A stretch of DNA of 64,000 bases, from NCBI RefSeq assembly GCF_001194135.2, contig NC_068992.1:31287377-31351376 (forward strand). The letters are read 5' to 3'. Position 1 is the stretch's first letter. Each line of letters begins with the position of its first letter. The notes beneath the pieces were generated by a model. The model was not told the origin of the DNA and ran no database searches. It worked only from the letters and a program-made list of their open reading frames with translations. Source of the stretch: Octopus bimaculoides (taxonomy: Eukaryota). The position numbers were made by a program, and so were the translations under genes. Shown in pieces: positions 52,416-64,000 of this stretch.

Positions 52416-52457
<42 letters not shown>

Positions 52458-52989
52458 TGTGTGTGTGTCCGTGTATGCGGAATTGACTAAATAGGATCCA
52501 TTAAGAATATGAGCGTGCCGAATTCAAGCGCGCCATAAATAATGGCTAAGGAGAATGATACAAATCAGACAATTAAATCAAATAATCCATTACGATAGCA
52601 CGGAACGTATAAATGAATGGCGTTCCATCCTGTTTGGTAATCCGGAACACATACAGTATCGAAACATAAAAAGATTTTTAAGCGTGGCTTAAATGTAATA
52701 AAACGAGACAAATGAGTTACATGGTACTGTGAAACTGCTTTCATTAAATCTTTATTGGCAGATTGACATGGGACAGTCAAGTTTGTAGTATGTATAGCAT
52801 CCATAATATTATGTAGTACGTTATAAAAATCTCAATTCATCAGGTTTAACAAGTATAAAAACTTGCAGCGAAATGCTGATGAATTAGAAGTTCATCACCA
52901 CGTGAAATTTCAGGATAACTGCCAGTGTGTGGACGGCGCTGGAATAAACAAAGAAATATGTTTACTGTGAAAATGACAGTATTTCCAGC

Positions 52990-55600
52990 ACGAATTAATT
53001 AAACATATATATATTTGTAGTTGCTGATCTCCCTTGAATGTATCCTTGAATGGTTGGTTGGACCAGTATCGTTGTTTGGGCGTCCATATTTTTAACCGTT
53101 GGTTTCGTGGTTATGTAAAACTCCGCATCGGTTAGAAGTTTTTTCTTTGATTTGTGTTACTTTTTGCATTTGATGAACTTTTGTGTTTTCAGAATGTCGT
53201 TCGTTTTTGGATCCCTATTAAGCATAGGCAGATTTTGTACAATGGTATTGTATGCCTCAATGTTTCTAGGGTTGTAAGTTGATACATACGATAGTGCTCT
53301 GAGGTGAGGTGTAGAATTACGCTTTATTACCCTTTGTGTTTTAATACCAAATTTCTTAGCACGCTTAATTCCATCGTCTATAAGTGAGGGTGTATGTTGT
53401 CTTTTAGTTAGTGTTCTTTTGAGGTCTTGAAGATGCAGGTCCCGAGTATTTCTATGAGACACTATTGTGCAAATATTTTTTTTGCTAAATTAAAAGGGAT
53501 ATTTCCTGTGATCTGTTTCGGCTGGCATGAGCTAAACAGAAGATATTGCTTCGAGTCCGTTCGCTTATGATAAATGTTAGTTTCAATTTGGTTGTTGATT
53601 CTTTTAATCATAATATCCAAAAGAGGGGGCTTTTGTTTACTATATTGCATTGTAAATTAAATGTTAGGGTCTATATTATGTTTTATTGCTTTAAATTCCA
53701 AAAGTTTCTCCATGCTCTCCTTCTAAATGATAAAGCAGTCATCTAGGAATCTTTTCTAGTTCTCTCTTATATACTGGTGAAATGGATATCTGTATTTATA
53801 TACGGTGAATTCAAAATATCTCATTATTAGGATTTCAAGAACAGGGGTTGCTTTCATTCCCATTGCAATTCCGCTTTCGTGACGATAATAGGTGTCATCA
53901 AACAGGAAATAATTGTTTTGAAATAAAAATTTTTAATTTTCCATTATATAAACCTACATTATGCGTTCCGGAAATACTTCGGGTTACTTTCCGAGACAAA
54001 ATTTTATTGCTTCTATGTCATAGTCATGTAAGATATTGGTGTTAAGATTAATACCATATAAGGAAACTAATCTAATCATTAGTTGTTTTTGGTAGGTGCA
54101 CAAGCATGTCTAGATCGTCTCTAATAACATTTTTGATGTAATTCAGCAAGAGTTTCAGTAGGACGTCTAGAAAATTGTCTAGGCAGTGGGTTTCATAGGC
54201 TGGACCATGCTGTAATTGATCCTATGTTTAAGTCTTCTACTTTGATATTTATGCATGTGCCAGCTGATTTTTTGCAGGCTTCATAACTATCTTGCTCTTG
54301 TGTACTTTATGTTAACTGTAAAAAAGACTAGGTTTACAGTTAAAATTTATGCTATAATATATTTCTTTTCCTATCACGCCTTTTCCGAGTAGAAAAATTA
54401 AGGACGCGAAATTTTTTTTTGTTTTTTTTTTATTATTTATAGTTTACAATTTTTTCGTAGATGGTATCGTTTTCTAGCATGGTTAGTATTTTGTGTCCAT
54501 CAGGACGACAACACTTCCTTTGTCTGCTTCTTTAATCGTTAGCTCTTTGTCATTTTGTAGTAGAATTAAATTTTTCAAGCATAGATTGTTGAGGTTGGAA
54601 CTAATTTTTCGCTTATAGAAAATATTGGGGAAAGTTTGGACATGGTCGCAGAAGTCATGTGTTCCTACATTTAGGTGGGAGAAATTTTTCTGTTTTTAGC
54701 CATTGATTCTTCGTCGTTATAGTAGTCTGTCAGTGCTTCTGTGAGTCATTGTGTTCTGCACAATTCTGAGGTATTGCCTTTAATTTATTCCTGGTTAGAT
54801 CTTCGTGGGCTTGGGGTAAATTGGTTGGGATTTCTGTCTGTGTAATTGGTTGGAAATATGTGGTTTTCTTCGTTGTTATAAATTGTCGGGGTTCTTAATT
54901 ATGTTTTGATGCTGAAAAGTTGGTCTTGCTTGGTAAATAGGTTGGAATCCTGTAGGTGAAGTTTCTTCGCGGAGGGGTAGAAGTTCCTGGATGATTCTAG
55001 TTGCCGGGGAGAAAATAATTACTCCTATACCTAGGTTGGTTTCTTCCAGTATTTTTTATTCGTGAGTTCTGCCTATTCCTAGATTGAGAGTTGTTTACGC
55101 CCAAGTGCGAAGTTAGTTTCATGTGTTTGTGTTCTTTTAAATGTTTATACTTCAATCTAGTTAGACGTTTATTTATTTCTGTAGATGTATTTGTCCTAGA
55201 TTTTTTTCAGAGAGGGGTTACATGAACTGTAGTTCCGTAACTAAGGATGAAATTAACACTGTTTTCTCATAATTGAAGGGAATGTATTTCTTCCGACCCA
55301 CAGCTATATTTTCAAAGTTTCATAACACTTTTCAAAAGTCATTCATCAGCATGTTTAGTGAGTTCAGTGTGCATTTTTCATCGATAGTTTTATATTTTTG
55401 TTCGTTTTTCAATGCTCTAAGTTTAAGTAACTCGGTTTCTAATTTCATGTTCTCCACCGCTAATTTCTCCCTAAGTTGTCTCTGTTGTTCGGGCTCTTCT
55501 GGGATTGGTTTGATTTGTAGCTTGCGTGGCAGTATTAATGGTGCTGAGTTAATACATTTTCCATATATCTGCCTTATTATTATTTTTTATCACGTTCCAA
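52990..55600 (-). mobile_element. Penelope-like element, 5' ORF plus RT, 3'-truncated, decayed
   Basis: GIAMGMKA (motif B), KRFLDDCFII (53720-53758), LLDIMIKRINNQIETNIYHKRTDSKQYL, YVSTYNPRN linker. Confidence 0.85.
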
Positions 55601-56059
55601 AAGGAAAAATGTCCTAGCGTTTTGAGACCAAATATGGCTGTTGCCATATAAATATATATAAATAGCTAACGTAATATTTATTAATTCTTATAAAAGATAT
55701 AAACTTATGATAGTTGAATATCGAAATTAGTTGAACAGCTGAATATTGAAAACACTTACATAGTCTCTGTGAAGTTAGGATTGGAAAGGCTAGAACTAAC
55801 AGAGAAGTTAAAACAGAGACGATTAGAATAAAATGAAAACTAATAAATCCCAAGGTTTTTATTAACATATATTTTCACTTCATTATTGAAAGTAAAACAA
55901 ATCAATTTAAATCATTTGTGTTAACTAATATGGGCGAGTTCAATCAGAATAATAATTTAGAAGAATGATGAGTATTTGCAAAATGTTAAAATATCTTATA
56001 AGTATTATAAAGTCTAGCAGAAGCCATAACCAGCGATTATAGAAATACAGTTCTATATT

Positions 56060-56211
56060 TGAGAGATGAGGACTTATGTACATTATTTACGGTTGACGGA
56101 TATGTGTCCGCATCTTGTTTGTTGTTAACACGTTTCGGTTGATGTACTCTAGTTTTTATCGGGTGCCCTGGGGGGGAATTTCGAACCTAAGTGATTTTCC
56201 CGACGTTGTTG

Positions 56212-56247
<36 letters not shown>

Positions 56248-56316
56248 TCACTTCCTGGAATAGAACTCGCAATCTTGGGGTTAGTAGCCCGCGCTCTTAA
56301 CCATTACACTATATGC
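56060..56316 (-). mobile_element. tRNA-headed SINE with (AAT)n linker and degenerate hammerhead-like 3' motif
   Basis: Head 56243-56316: A box TAGTGTAATGG, B box GAGTTCTATTCC. Then (AAT)n, then CCGATAA...GAAACGTG at 56125-56167. Confidence 0.7.
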
Positions 56317-56339
56317 AAATGGGCATAGGATGCACTAAG

Positions 56340-56650
56340 CTACATAAATCTATCCCACCAGTTTCATTACTACTAACTACGGTCCATTTTGCAGAGTTAT
56401 AGATGCATATCTAACACTGCGAGGAGATTATATTCAATTCGCTTTATACACTTGTATTACCGTCATTCGTTCTGCTGTCTTTATAAAGTTCATTCAGTCT
56501 CTCTAGTGTTCTGAAAAGATTAAAATCCATGGTTGTTTTTATTGCCATGACTAGTATTACAACTATTCTCATCTGTACGTCTAGTACAGTTAGCCTTCAA
56601 AATGATGAGCCAAAACAAAGCTGATGGGTCAAACGGAATTGTCACTCACA
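56340..56650 (-). pseudogene. Decayed LRR segment
   Basis: Minus strand: DFNLFRTLERLNELY (56483-56527) and LAVLDMH. Confidence 0.5.
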
Positions 56651-56866
56651 TAATAACATCCTTATCTTTTATATTTTATTTTTTCCTTGTTTCAGTCATT
56701 AAACTGCTTCTATGGTGTTTTAAGTCGAATGACTTGACCAAGTGCTGTTTTAAAGAATCTCTGATTTAAGAGAACGTAAAGAGACCAACAACGTTTGTCA
56801 AACGCTAATGAGGTCAAACGCATAAATACACATATGCACACACACGCACACTATACATACATACAT

Positions 56867-56958
<92 letters not shown>

Positions 56959-57109
56959 TCGACAGGTTTCTGTCATAATTCATCTCTTCTACCCTTTAGT
57001 GACTTTCCGTCTCATTTCCCTTTCCCATTATCCTATCGTCTTGATGCACGCCTGGGTATCAGTGACCCACATTATGTCACACCAACATAACGATACTGTC
57101 TTGTGGTAA

Positions 57110-57720
57110 TTCCATGGCAACCAATCCAAGGTCAAATTAGCAAACAAACCGATTCGTAGATACTTTCATGTGAGCGTTAAAAATAGCAAGGAATGAGTTG
57201 GAATATGACGAAGCTCTAACTAAATTATTAAGGGTGTACAGAATAACACCCAATCCGAATAACAGTTCAAGCAAGTCGCTTCCATAGTTAATGTTCGCTT
57301 GGAGGACTAAATAGATTTTCAACAAATTCTTGCGAAAGAAAAATAACTATAAACAAAATACAAAAAGAAAAATCAACCAGACATTTTGATGTCGGATACA
57401 AGTTCTTTTCGAAGTATACAATAATGGTAAAGAGAGTTGGCAGGATGGTGTAGTGACTAAAAGTATTGGAAATATGATGTATTTAATAAAAATCAACGTT
57501 GGGAGTGTAAACGAAACCTAAATCATCTAAAAATCAACCATACAGAAGAAAGGAAGGAAATTCAAATGGAAGTGTTTTACATATTCGATGTTTCAGCACC
57601 GAAAGACATTGAGCCTAAAAGGAACTGTAACAGAGAACGTAAACAGACTGATCATTTAGAAATAATTCCTAAGCGGAAAAGGTACGGAACTCCCTCGGGG
57701 AGCAAATTTCAAAAAGGGAA
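57110..57720 (+). mobile_element. Gypsy LTR retrotransposon integrase C-terminal remnant
   Basis: PRSN*QTNRFVDTFM*AL...LLRVYRITPNP...KSLP*LMFAWRTK (HPxSNGxAERFV..YRxTP..SPAELMFGR pattern), then WQDGVVTKSIGNMMYLI; purine tract AAAAAGGGAAAG before 57724. Confidence 0.85.
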
Positions 57721-57723
57721 AGT

Positions 57724-58073
57724 TGTTGGTAAGAAAAAATAAACATTTCGTTTCCTACGGAAGTCGAAATCTCAAAAAGGGAGATATTGCAGCAAGAGTC
57801 ACGACACCCCGCTGCAAGAATAGACTTGCGCGTATGACTATAATTAGTAACGGTCTTATAGAAGTAAAAACAGGGAGACTAGGCGTTAATCGAAGAAAGT
57901 CGTAAGGTGTCATTTTGGTAGTTTGTCGGAATATCACTTGTTGGTCCGTGTATAGTTTTGGAGTGTTTGTTGGATTGTTACGTTGTTGGTACTCTGCTTC
58001 GTTATATGTTTATTGTTATTACATGGTTATAGTGGTGATACTACAATAATTGGCGATGAGTAACTACGTTACA
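57724..58073 (+). mobile_element. Probable 3' LTR (TG...CA, ~350 bp)
   Basis: Starts TGTTGG directly after the polypurine tract and ends GTTACA. No second LTR in the window to confirm it. Confidence 0.5.
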
Positions 58074-58099
58074 ATTGTTCGGGAACTCCTATTATATGG

Positions 58100-60580
58100 T
58101 ATGTTTCTCCAGTTGTTATCTCCGTTTCTTGTTTGGCTACCTTTACAAAAGTCTACAAAACAGTTATACTATATCTCTATTCACACGTGCTCTCTAGTAA
58201 TTGCTTACATACTTTAAGCCGCAACGAATAAGTTTTTCAATAGCACTTATAAATAGAATTGTAATGTAACATCTAATATTTTCAGGTTATTCCGTTTGAT
58301 ATGTTTATTTCCAGTGTATTCGAATCAGAACTACTTTTCTGTGCTGTATATCTCAGAAGCTGTATCGTAGCATGCATCTTCAATTTATTTATTTGGACAC
58401 GCTTATAGTTAATAGAAATAATATAAATGTCCATTTAATTATAACAATCCGGTGAGCAATATAATATTTATTGAATTGCTAACTACATAATGGGTATATA
58501 CCTCGGAGAATTAATGCCAACCCATGAATATAAGAATAAGTTATTGCTAGCAGCAATAATTTTCATAATGTAGAGAAATGATAATGGCAATATATATTTC
58601 TTGTTTAAATTGTCGAATGTAACTGTTATCTCATTTTGATATTTATTAATTTCCTGCTAGTTTATATAAATCTGAAGCACATCAGTTATTAGAATTAATG
58701 GTTTTTATCTTGATACTTAGAATTGTTACATATGACATCTAGCTTAAATAACACATGGGTCACCATTATCAATATCTTGTAGTACATGGTTCCATCCAGT
58801 TCTCACTTACCGTTTAATAATATAAACTTTCATTCTTGCTAGCAGGTCTTTGTTATCATTAGCACTGCACAAACATAGCTTCAGGCTAATCAATGAAAGT
58901 AGTAAATATATATTTTTGATTATTTTAAAAATGTTATCTACGCCTATCAACAATCTGAGCAGCAATTATTCCATTTCTTCTGGCTTTATCATTATGTCAG
59001 TTTGATCTGTGAGAAATACCCTCTCGTGACTGTAAATGAACACATTTACGAAATGAATATTCAGCGTGTTGGCAAATGATATAAACATTTCTAAAAGAAA
59101 AACAGACGATCTTTAACGTATCATGACCCCCATAAATGTGTTATTCATGGCTGATTTCGAGTTGACAGCAAAGAAAATTGTATCTAAAATACAGCATGAA
59201 CACTTTATTGGTATAAACAAATCCACACCGCACAAAAGGAGAATACCATTTATATCTGCAGATGAATGGACAATTTACAAACAAAATTGCTACCAAAATT
59301 TAAACTTTATGTTATTCCATAAAGTATGAATATATTCAGCTACATATTGATAACAAAATAAGTCACTTGGTGCAAGCGACTTTTGTCATAAAAGATATGT
59401 ATAAGAGGTTGGGTCTCGAATAGACTGACCTTGAAGTAATGATGATGAAACTTATAAATCGCGCACAAATTAATCTCAACCCTCTAATTAATAACTCCAT
59501 TGTTTCTCATTATGTAACTTAAAGTTAATTGTTCAAATAAGAATTCAAAGCAACTAGTAATGATTTCTGTGGAAAATTGCTAAAATTTGGCATCGTAATG
59601 TTATCAATTACCTGCAAGAAAAAGAAAAGAGTTTAACCTCAAGGACATGACTGCTGCATCAGACGACGGCGATGCAGATTTATCAACGGAACGAAGTGGG
59701 CAGCTGAAATTAGTTGAAGATGAGCCAGTGCCTGGATGTCCGGCATCTGTTACCACTGGGAAAATCATTCATCATGTTCATCATATGCTGATGAATGATT
59801 AGCATCAGACAATAAATTAAACAGCAAATGTTGTAAGCATGGAATCTTTGCATGACCAAAGTTTCTGTTCGGTGGGTTTCATGTCTTCTGACACTAGATC
59901 AAAAACGCACCAGGCTGCTCAAATCACGGAAAAATCTAATATCGTTTGATGCAGATCCATCTAATTTCCTTGAAGGATTTTAAAATCAGGATAAGTGCTG
60001 CATTCATCCCGTTCAACCACAACCTAAACTGCAATCCATACAGTGGAATCGCGCGCACACCTGCTCCAAAGAAATTCGGGGAAGTTTCAACTACCGGGAG
60101 GGTGATTGTATTAGTTTTTGCTTGTATTAGAAGTTATGCTTATTGCCTATTTTCAAAACAGCAATGCCATCAATGGAATGTGGTATGCCAAGTTGCGGAG
60201 GCAGTTACGAAATCCTATGGAGAAAAACGCTCTGGAAACTGATGAAAAAGGACGTGTTTCATCCAACGCACAAATACTGGGCTTCAATGGCTGCTGTGCT
60301 AGAGTGTGTCTTCGATCTGGTTAATAATATTCTCTGTTCGTTTGCTTTGGCCCGATCGGACTATCATAAAAAACACACGCGAAATCTTCTGTCAATGATA
60401 TTTTTGACCAACAAGTTCCAAATCTCTTCAAACATAATCCAAGCAATGCAACACCGATAGAAAATGTCTGGAGAAAGTAAGAAGTGCTACGTTGACAAAT
60501 AAATCTCATTTGGTGACATTACATGAGAGTATATTTCTCAGCCTGTGAACATTTCTTGTCAATACTCGTATACCAACAGG

Positions 60581-60613
<33 letters not shown>

Positions 60614-60655
60614 TTGTGTGTTTGTTTCTATGTATATTTATATGTGTGTGTGTGC

Positions 60656-60730
<75 letters not shown>

Positions 60731-60773
60731 AACATATATATAGGGGAAGAGTGCATATTTTTATCTATATATG

Positions 60774-60810
<37 letters not shown>

Positions 60811-62100
60811 TGGTGACAGTGTGGGTGTATATCAAATATTTACAGTATCTCCCAAATATAACGAAATCCCGTTAATTCCGTTTAAATTTCACTATCTACA
60901 CTTAGACAAAACAATTCGTAAAGAATGCATAATCATTGTATGAACTCCAAAAATACAACGATATACCTCCCAATTTCTACATGATACCATTAGTTCGTAA
61001 AACTTTGCATTACTCTGAAAGTGCTGCAGTTGTAACGCTATACAGCATGATGATTATGGAAAAAATCATAAACACATAAAGTGCATTTTCTATATCTGTG
61101 TGAGCAGGGTTTCTACTCACAGAAACAACATACACTGAAGAAATAAACAACTCAACTGTTACACAGTACATTAATCAACAGTTTTTCGCCAATAACGCAA
61201 AGAAATGTCCTTAATTTTTTGTTTACCTGCCACCATCATTTAAACATCTGGATCAGCAAGTAATATGTAGCATGTGATACACTCTAATCACTGCTTTTGT
61301 CTGTTTGTGTTTCAAACATAAGATAAGAATATGCCCTAAGACTTTTCACATTAGATCATTAGAAATGTAGGATTGCATTCCATTTCCAAACTTTAACACC
61401 AATTATTGGATGATGAAACTGAACGTCAATAGCATTGTCCCAATAAATTGGTCTCTAAGATAATATGCTTATAGGCACTCTCTTCTAGTTCTGATAAACG
61501 ATTGTTACTGAAATACTTCTGTGAAAGATTTAACTTGACATATCATTATGAACCAGATACAATGACACATCAGATACAATGCGATTTATATGAAACAATT
61601 TGAATTAATTTTGATTCATAATCGATTACTTATAATCTATGTAATTAATAATCGCACCACAAGCAGATGCATAGATTAATCCTAAGTAAATTATTTGAAG
61701 GAGAATGAATTATTTCAGCAAGAGTTTAAACAAAAATACAGAAATAAAGTCTGAGTTTTAAAAAATTGTCATCTCCAAATCACTTTTTTGTTAGACTAGG
61801 TAAAATTTATATATTAGAATGATGTAAATGTGAGATTGTTAATGGAGAGATCTACCTGAAATATTTATGACAAAAAAATTCATAAGTAAATGCATATATT
61901 CCAGAACAAAATGGATATGGAATATAAAAATTTATTTGTAAAATAAACTGTTGGTAATTTATATCATTTCCATAAATTTTACTTACTGGCCTGCACTGTT
62001 GTAGTACGAAAAATGTTATGAATACAAGCGGTTATGGTGTCGATCATAATGTTTGCATTTTTGTTAAAAATATTAACATAAGTTCAGATCTAGAAAGGTT
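58100..62100 (-). pseudogene. Decayed LRR/TLR sequence (one or more copies), split by a microsatellite at 60580-60810
   Basis: Minus strand: QVDLSINNL (61832-61858); LNLSQKYFSNNRLSELEESAY (61470-61535); DCSL..WLNGMN..YPDF (59978-60036, LRR-CT); LFLAGN (~59605-59625); LLCGVDLFIPIKCSC (~59190-59230); MNNTFMG; IAASNNL; PNNKIE; NLKILDV (~58265-58285). Confidence 0.6.
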
Positions 62101-62135
62101 GATATCGGCAGTAATTAGAACAATTCATTTATGAA

Positions 62136-62452
62136 GAAGTAGTTCTATGCTGTCAACTTAATGTGGCAGTCCCTTGAAGGGAATAATACTAGTGTTGGTT
62201 AGACCTAGGAAGCTGCACTGCTTCGACTAGCAGGTCATGCCACTCCAAAGTGATGACGAGCAAAGACTCAGAAACATGTATCTGGATGCAGGCTTAGCTG
62301 GGTGGAGGTGCTTGTCTCCCCCTTTTAAATATGAGGACGCAGGAAATGTGTCGAGGCCAAAAGGAAGCGGTTCAGATTCTTAGGTCTAACCAACAGTAGT
62401 ATTTTCCCTTCAGGAGATTGTCACATTAAGTTGACAACATACAACTACTTCA
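62136..62452. mobile_element. MITE with ~74-bp TIRs and a hammerhead-like interior
   Basis: 62136-62209 is the near inverse of 62380-62452. The interior 62244-62286 reads TCCAAA-GTGATGA-C-GAGcaaagaCTC-A-GAAAC-AT-GTA-TCTGGA. Confidence 0.8.
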
Positions 62453-62539
62453 TCGTATCACTTCTGCGTAAATCTCTCTCAGAGATTTAGAAATGTATTA
62501 TTTCTAAATTCATTTATGTTTTAATATTAGTGGTTTTGT

Positions 62540-62690
62540 AAGGCGACGAGCTGGCACAAGCGTTAGCACGCTGTGGGGAAATTCATAGTGGTATTTTGTC
62601 TGTCTGTCTGTCTGTCTGTTCGTACGTTCTGAGTTCAAATTTCACCGAGGTCGAATTTGCTTTTCATCCTTGCTGGGTCGATAAATTTAT
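62540..62690 (+). mobile_element. SINE 5' part (second family)
   Basis: AAGGCGACGAGCTGGCACAAGCGTTAGCACG...GTTCTGAGTTCAAATTTCACCGAGGTCG; homologous to 10165-10325. Confidence 0.75.
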
Positions 62691-63200
62691 TGGTGAGTAG
62701 ATTTATTTAGGGATTTGGGTTGTCTTTTGCTTTTTATTATTTCATGAGTTGCGAGTACTTTTTTTAGACGTGGTTCTTGACTCAGCTGTGGGTGGTTGTT
62801 GTGTATAATTGTGTAAGCTTCTGCATTTCTTGGATTGGGTTTTGACAGATATGGGAGACTATTTAATGTAGGGTGAGTGTGTTTCGGTTTTCGCAAGTCT
62901 TGGGTACAAATTGTCTTGGCCCATTCTATTCCATTGTCAACTACTGATGCTGGGTAATGTCTTTCGAGAAGAATTGTCATTAGTTATTGGAGTCTTTTAT
63001 TTCGTGTTCTATAATTTGAGACAATTGTACAGATTCTTCTCGCTAGCTTGAAGGCAATGTTTATCTTCGTGTGCTTCGGATGATTGGAGGTGAAGAGAAG
63101 GTATTGTTTGGAATCACTTGGTTTGTAGTGGATATTAGTTTCAATGTTGGTACCTTTTTTATTATGAGAATGTCAAGAATATATTCCATTGTAAATTGGA
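62690..63200 (-). mobile_element. Penelope-like RT thumb/linker fragment
   Basis: IETNIHYKPSDSKQYLLFTSNHPKHTKINIAFKLARRIC and ILLERHYPASVVDNGIEWAK...PNPRNAEAY. Confidence 0.85.
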
Positions 63201-63529
63201 TGTAGTTTTTGAGACTGTTGACACATACATACGGTTGCTCACACACACACATACACTCCACAAAGACAAAACAACACAAACATACACAGACAGACACACA
63301 CACATACACGTACACACACACTCACGTACGCACACATAACATCCCCACCGACACAAAACATACAGACACACGCACACACACAGACGCACACATACGCACA
63401 CGTGAACAAACACATACGCATACATGCGCACACACAACATCTTAATAAATAGTAATCACTCTCATACACACACAAACAAACGTGCACACATATACGCAGA
63501 CCACCCTATCAAATATGAAACACACACAG

Positions 63530-63870
63530 ACAGAAGCCTTCTAACGGGGTTCGTTTTCCACAACTCTCTTCAAACAGCGAAGCTTACTTTCCGAGGGCCC
63601 AGGTCGGAGATTCTTTTCCTTTGGCATTTGAATTGCACTGTAATTCTATTAAAAGTAGCAAGAGGAATTTGAAGAGTTTCGGTGATTTTTCGCTGACTAA
63701 GACCAGACTCACATTGCCAAACAATACGCCCTCTTTGAAAATATGAGAGTTCTGCTGAAAGTGTGTGTGCGTGGCATGGTTACTCTTCGCAAATATTTAA
63801 TATAACGGTACGTGGAATGAAAAAGAATAATTACGTTGTAAATTCTACAGCGTTAAAAACCTATTAAGAC
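63530..63870 (-). mobile_element. Tc1-type transposase 5' fragment (paired-like HTH)
   Basis: PRTHTLSAELSYFQRGRIVWQCESGLSQRKITETLQIPLATFNRI, then RPGPSESKLRCLKRVVENEP after a frameshift. Confidence 0.75.
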
Positions 63871-64000
63871 ACTTAGATCAGAAGACTTGAAAATTAAAGT
63901 TATCTATTTTTACTTCCTGCATGTATGTATGTATGTATGAAGACATATATATATATATATATATATGTGTTTGTGTGTGTGTGTGTGTGTATGTATTTAT

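Noticed and set aside
56243-56316. tRNA gene
   Set aside because: No complete acceptor stem; it continues into (AAT)n and a SINE body, so it is a SINE head.
58750-59100. Additional TIR (MFISFA, HERVF); also RDFV at 60860-60871
   Set aside because: Alternative frames give LRR-like readings and no box 3 was found; too ambiguous to count.
59605-59640. Strong splice acceptor on the minus strand (TTTTCTTTTTCTTGCAG)
   Set aside because: Equally explained as LRR codons LFLAGN; no open exon follows. Left unresolved.
1150-62100. Rescue of the TLR copies by A-to-I editing or stop readthrough
   Set aside because: Editing can change TAG to TGG but cannot repair the many frameshifts and TE insertions.
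2066-63487. Many long ORFs in the track (YIYI, HTHT, CVCV, IIII, poly-X)
   Set aside because: They are translations of microsatellites and N-gaps, not genes.
1-64000. CRISPR array, prokaryotic operon or bacterial contamination
   Set aside because: No regularly spaced repeats with unique spacers and no dense ORFs; the content is typical eukaryotic repeat-rich DNA.

Overview
AT-rich eukaryotic genomic DNA with 16 N-gaps (about 7.1 kb in total, most flanked by (TA)n-type microsatellites). The SINE families, microsatellite load and LINE types resemble an octopod cephalopod draft assembly; this is an inference from repeat recognition, not a database result. I found no intact host gene, rRNA, genuine tRNA or CRISPR array. 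Recognisable mobile DNA: R4/Dong-type REL LINEs, mostly abutting (AAT)n; RTE LINEs; L1/Tx1 5' fragments; four Penelope-like (PLE) pieces; a Gypsy integrase plus LTR remnant; mariner and Tc1 remnants; tRNA-derived SINEs; MITEs and foldbacks. Main finding: hand translation of the AT-rich DNA between the repeats shows heavily decayed leucine-rich-repeat, LRR-CT/LRR-NT, transmembrane and TIR motifs. They occur repeatedly from about 1.2 kb to 62 kb, always on the minus strand. This suggests a tandem cluster of dead Toll-like receptor genes (at least 4 TIR remnants) that the ORF track misses because of stops and frameshifts. Second theme: minimal hammerhead-ribozyme-like motifs in a PLE terminus and in three different non-autonomous elements. 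All pseudogene calls rest on manual motif reading across frameshifts and need profile-HMM confirmation; their boundaries are approximate.
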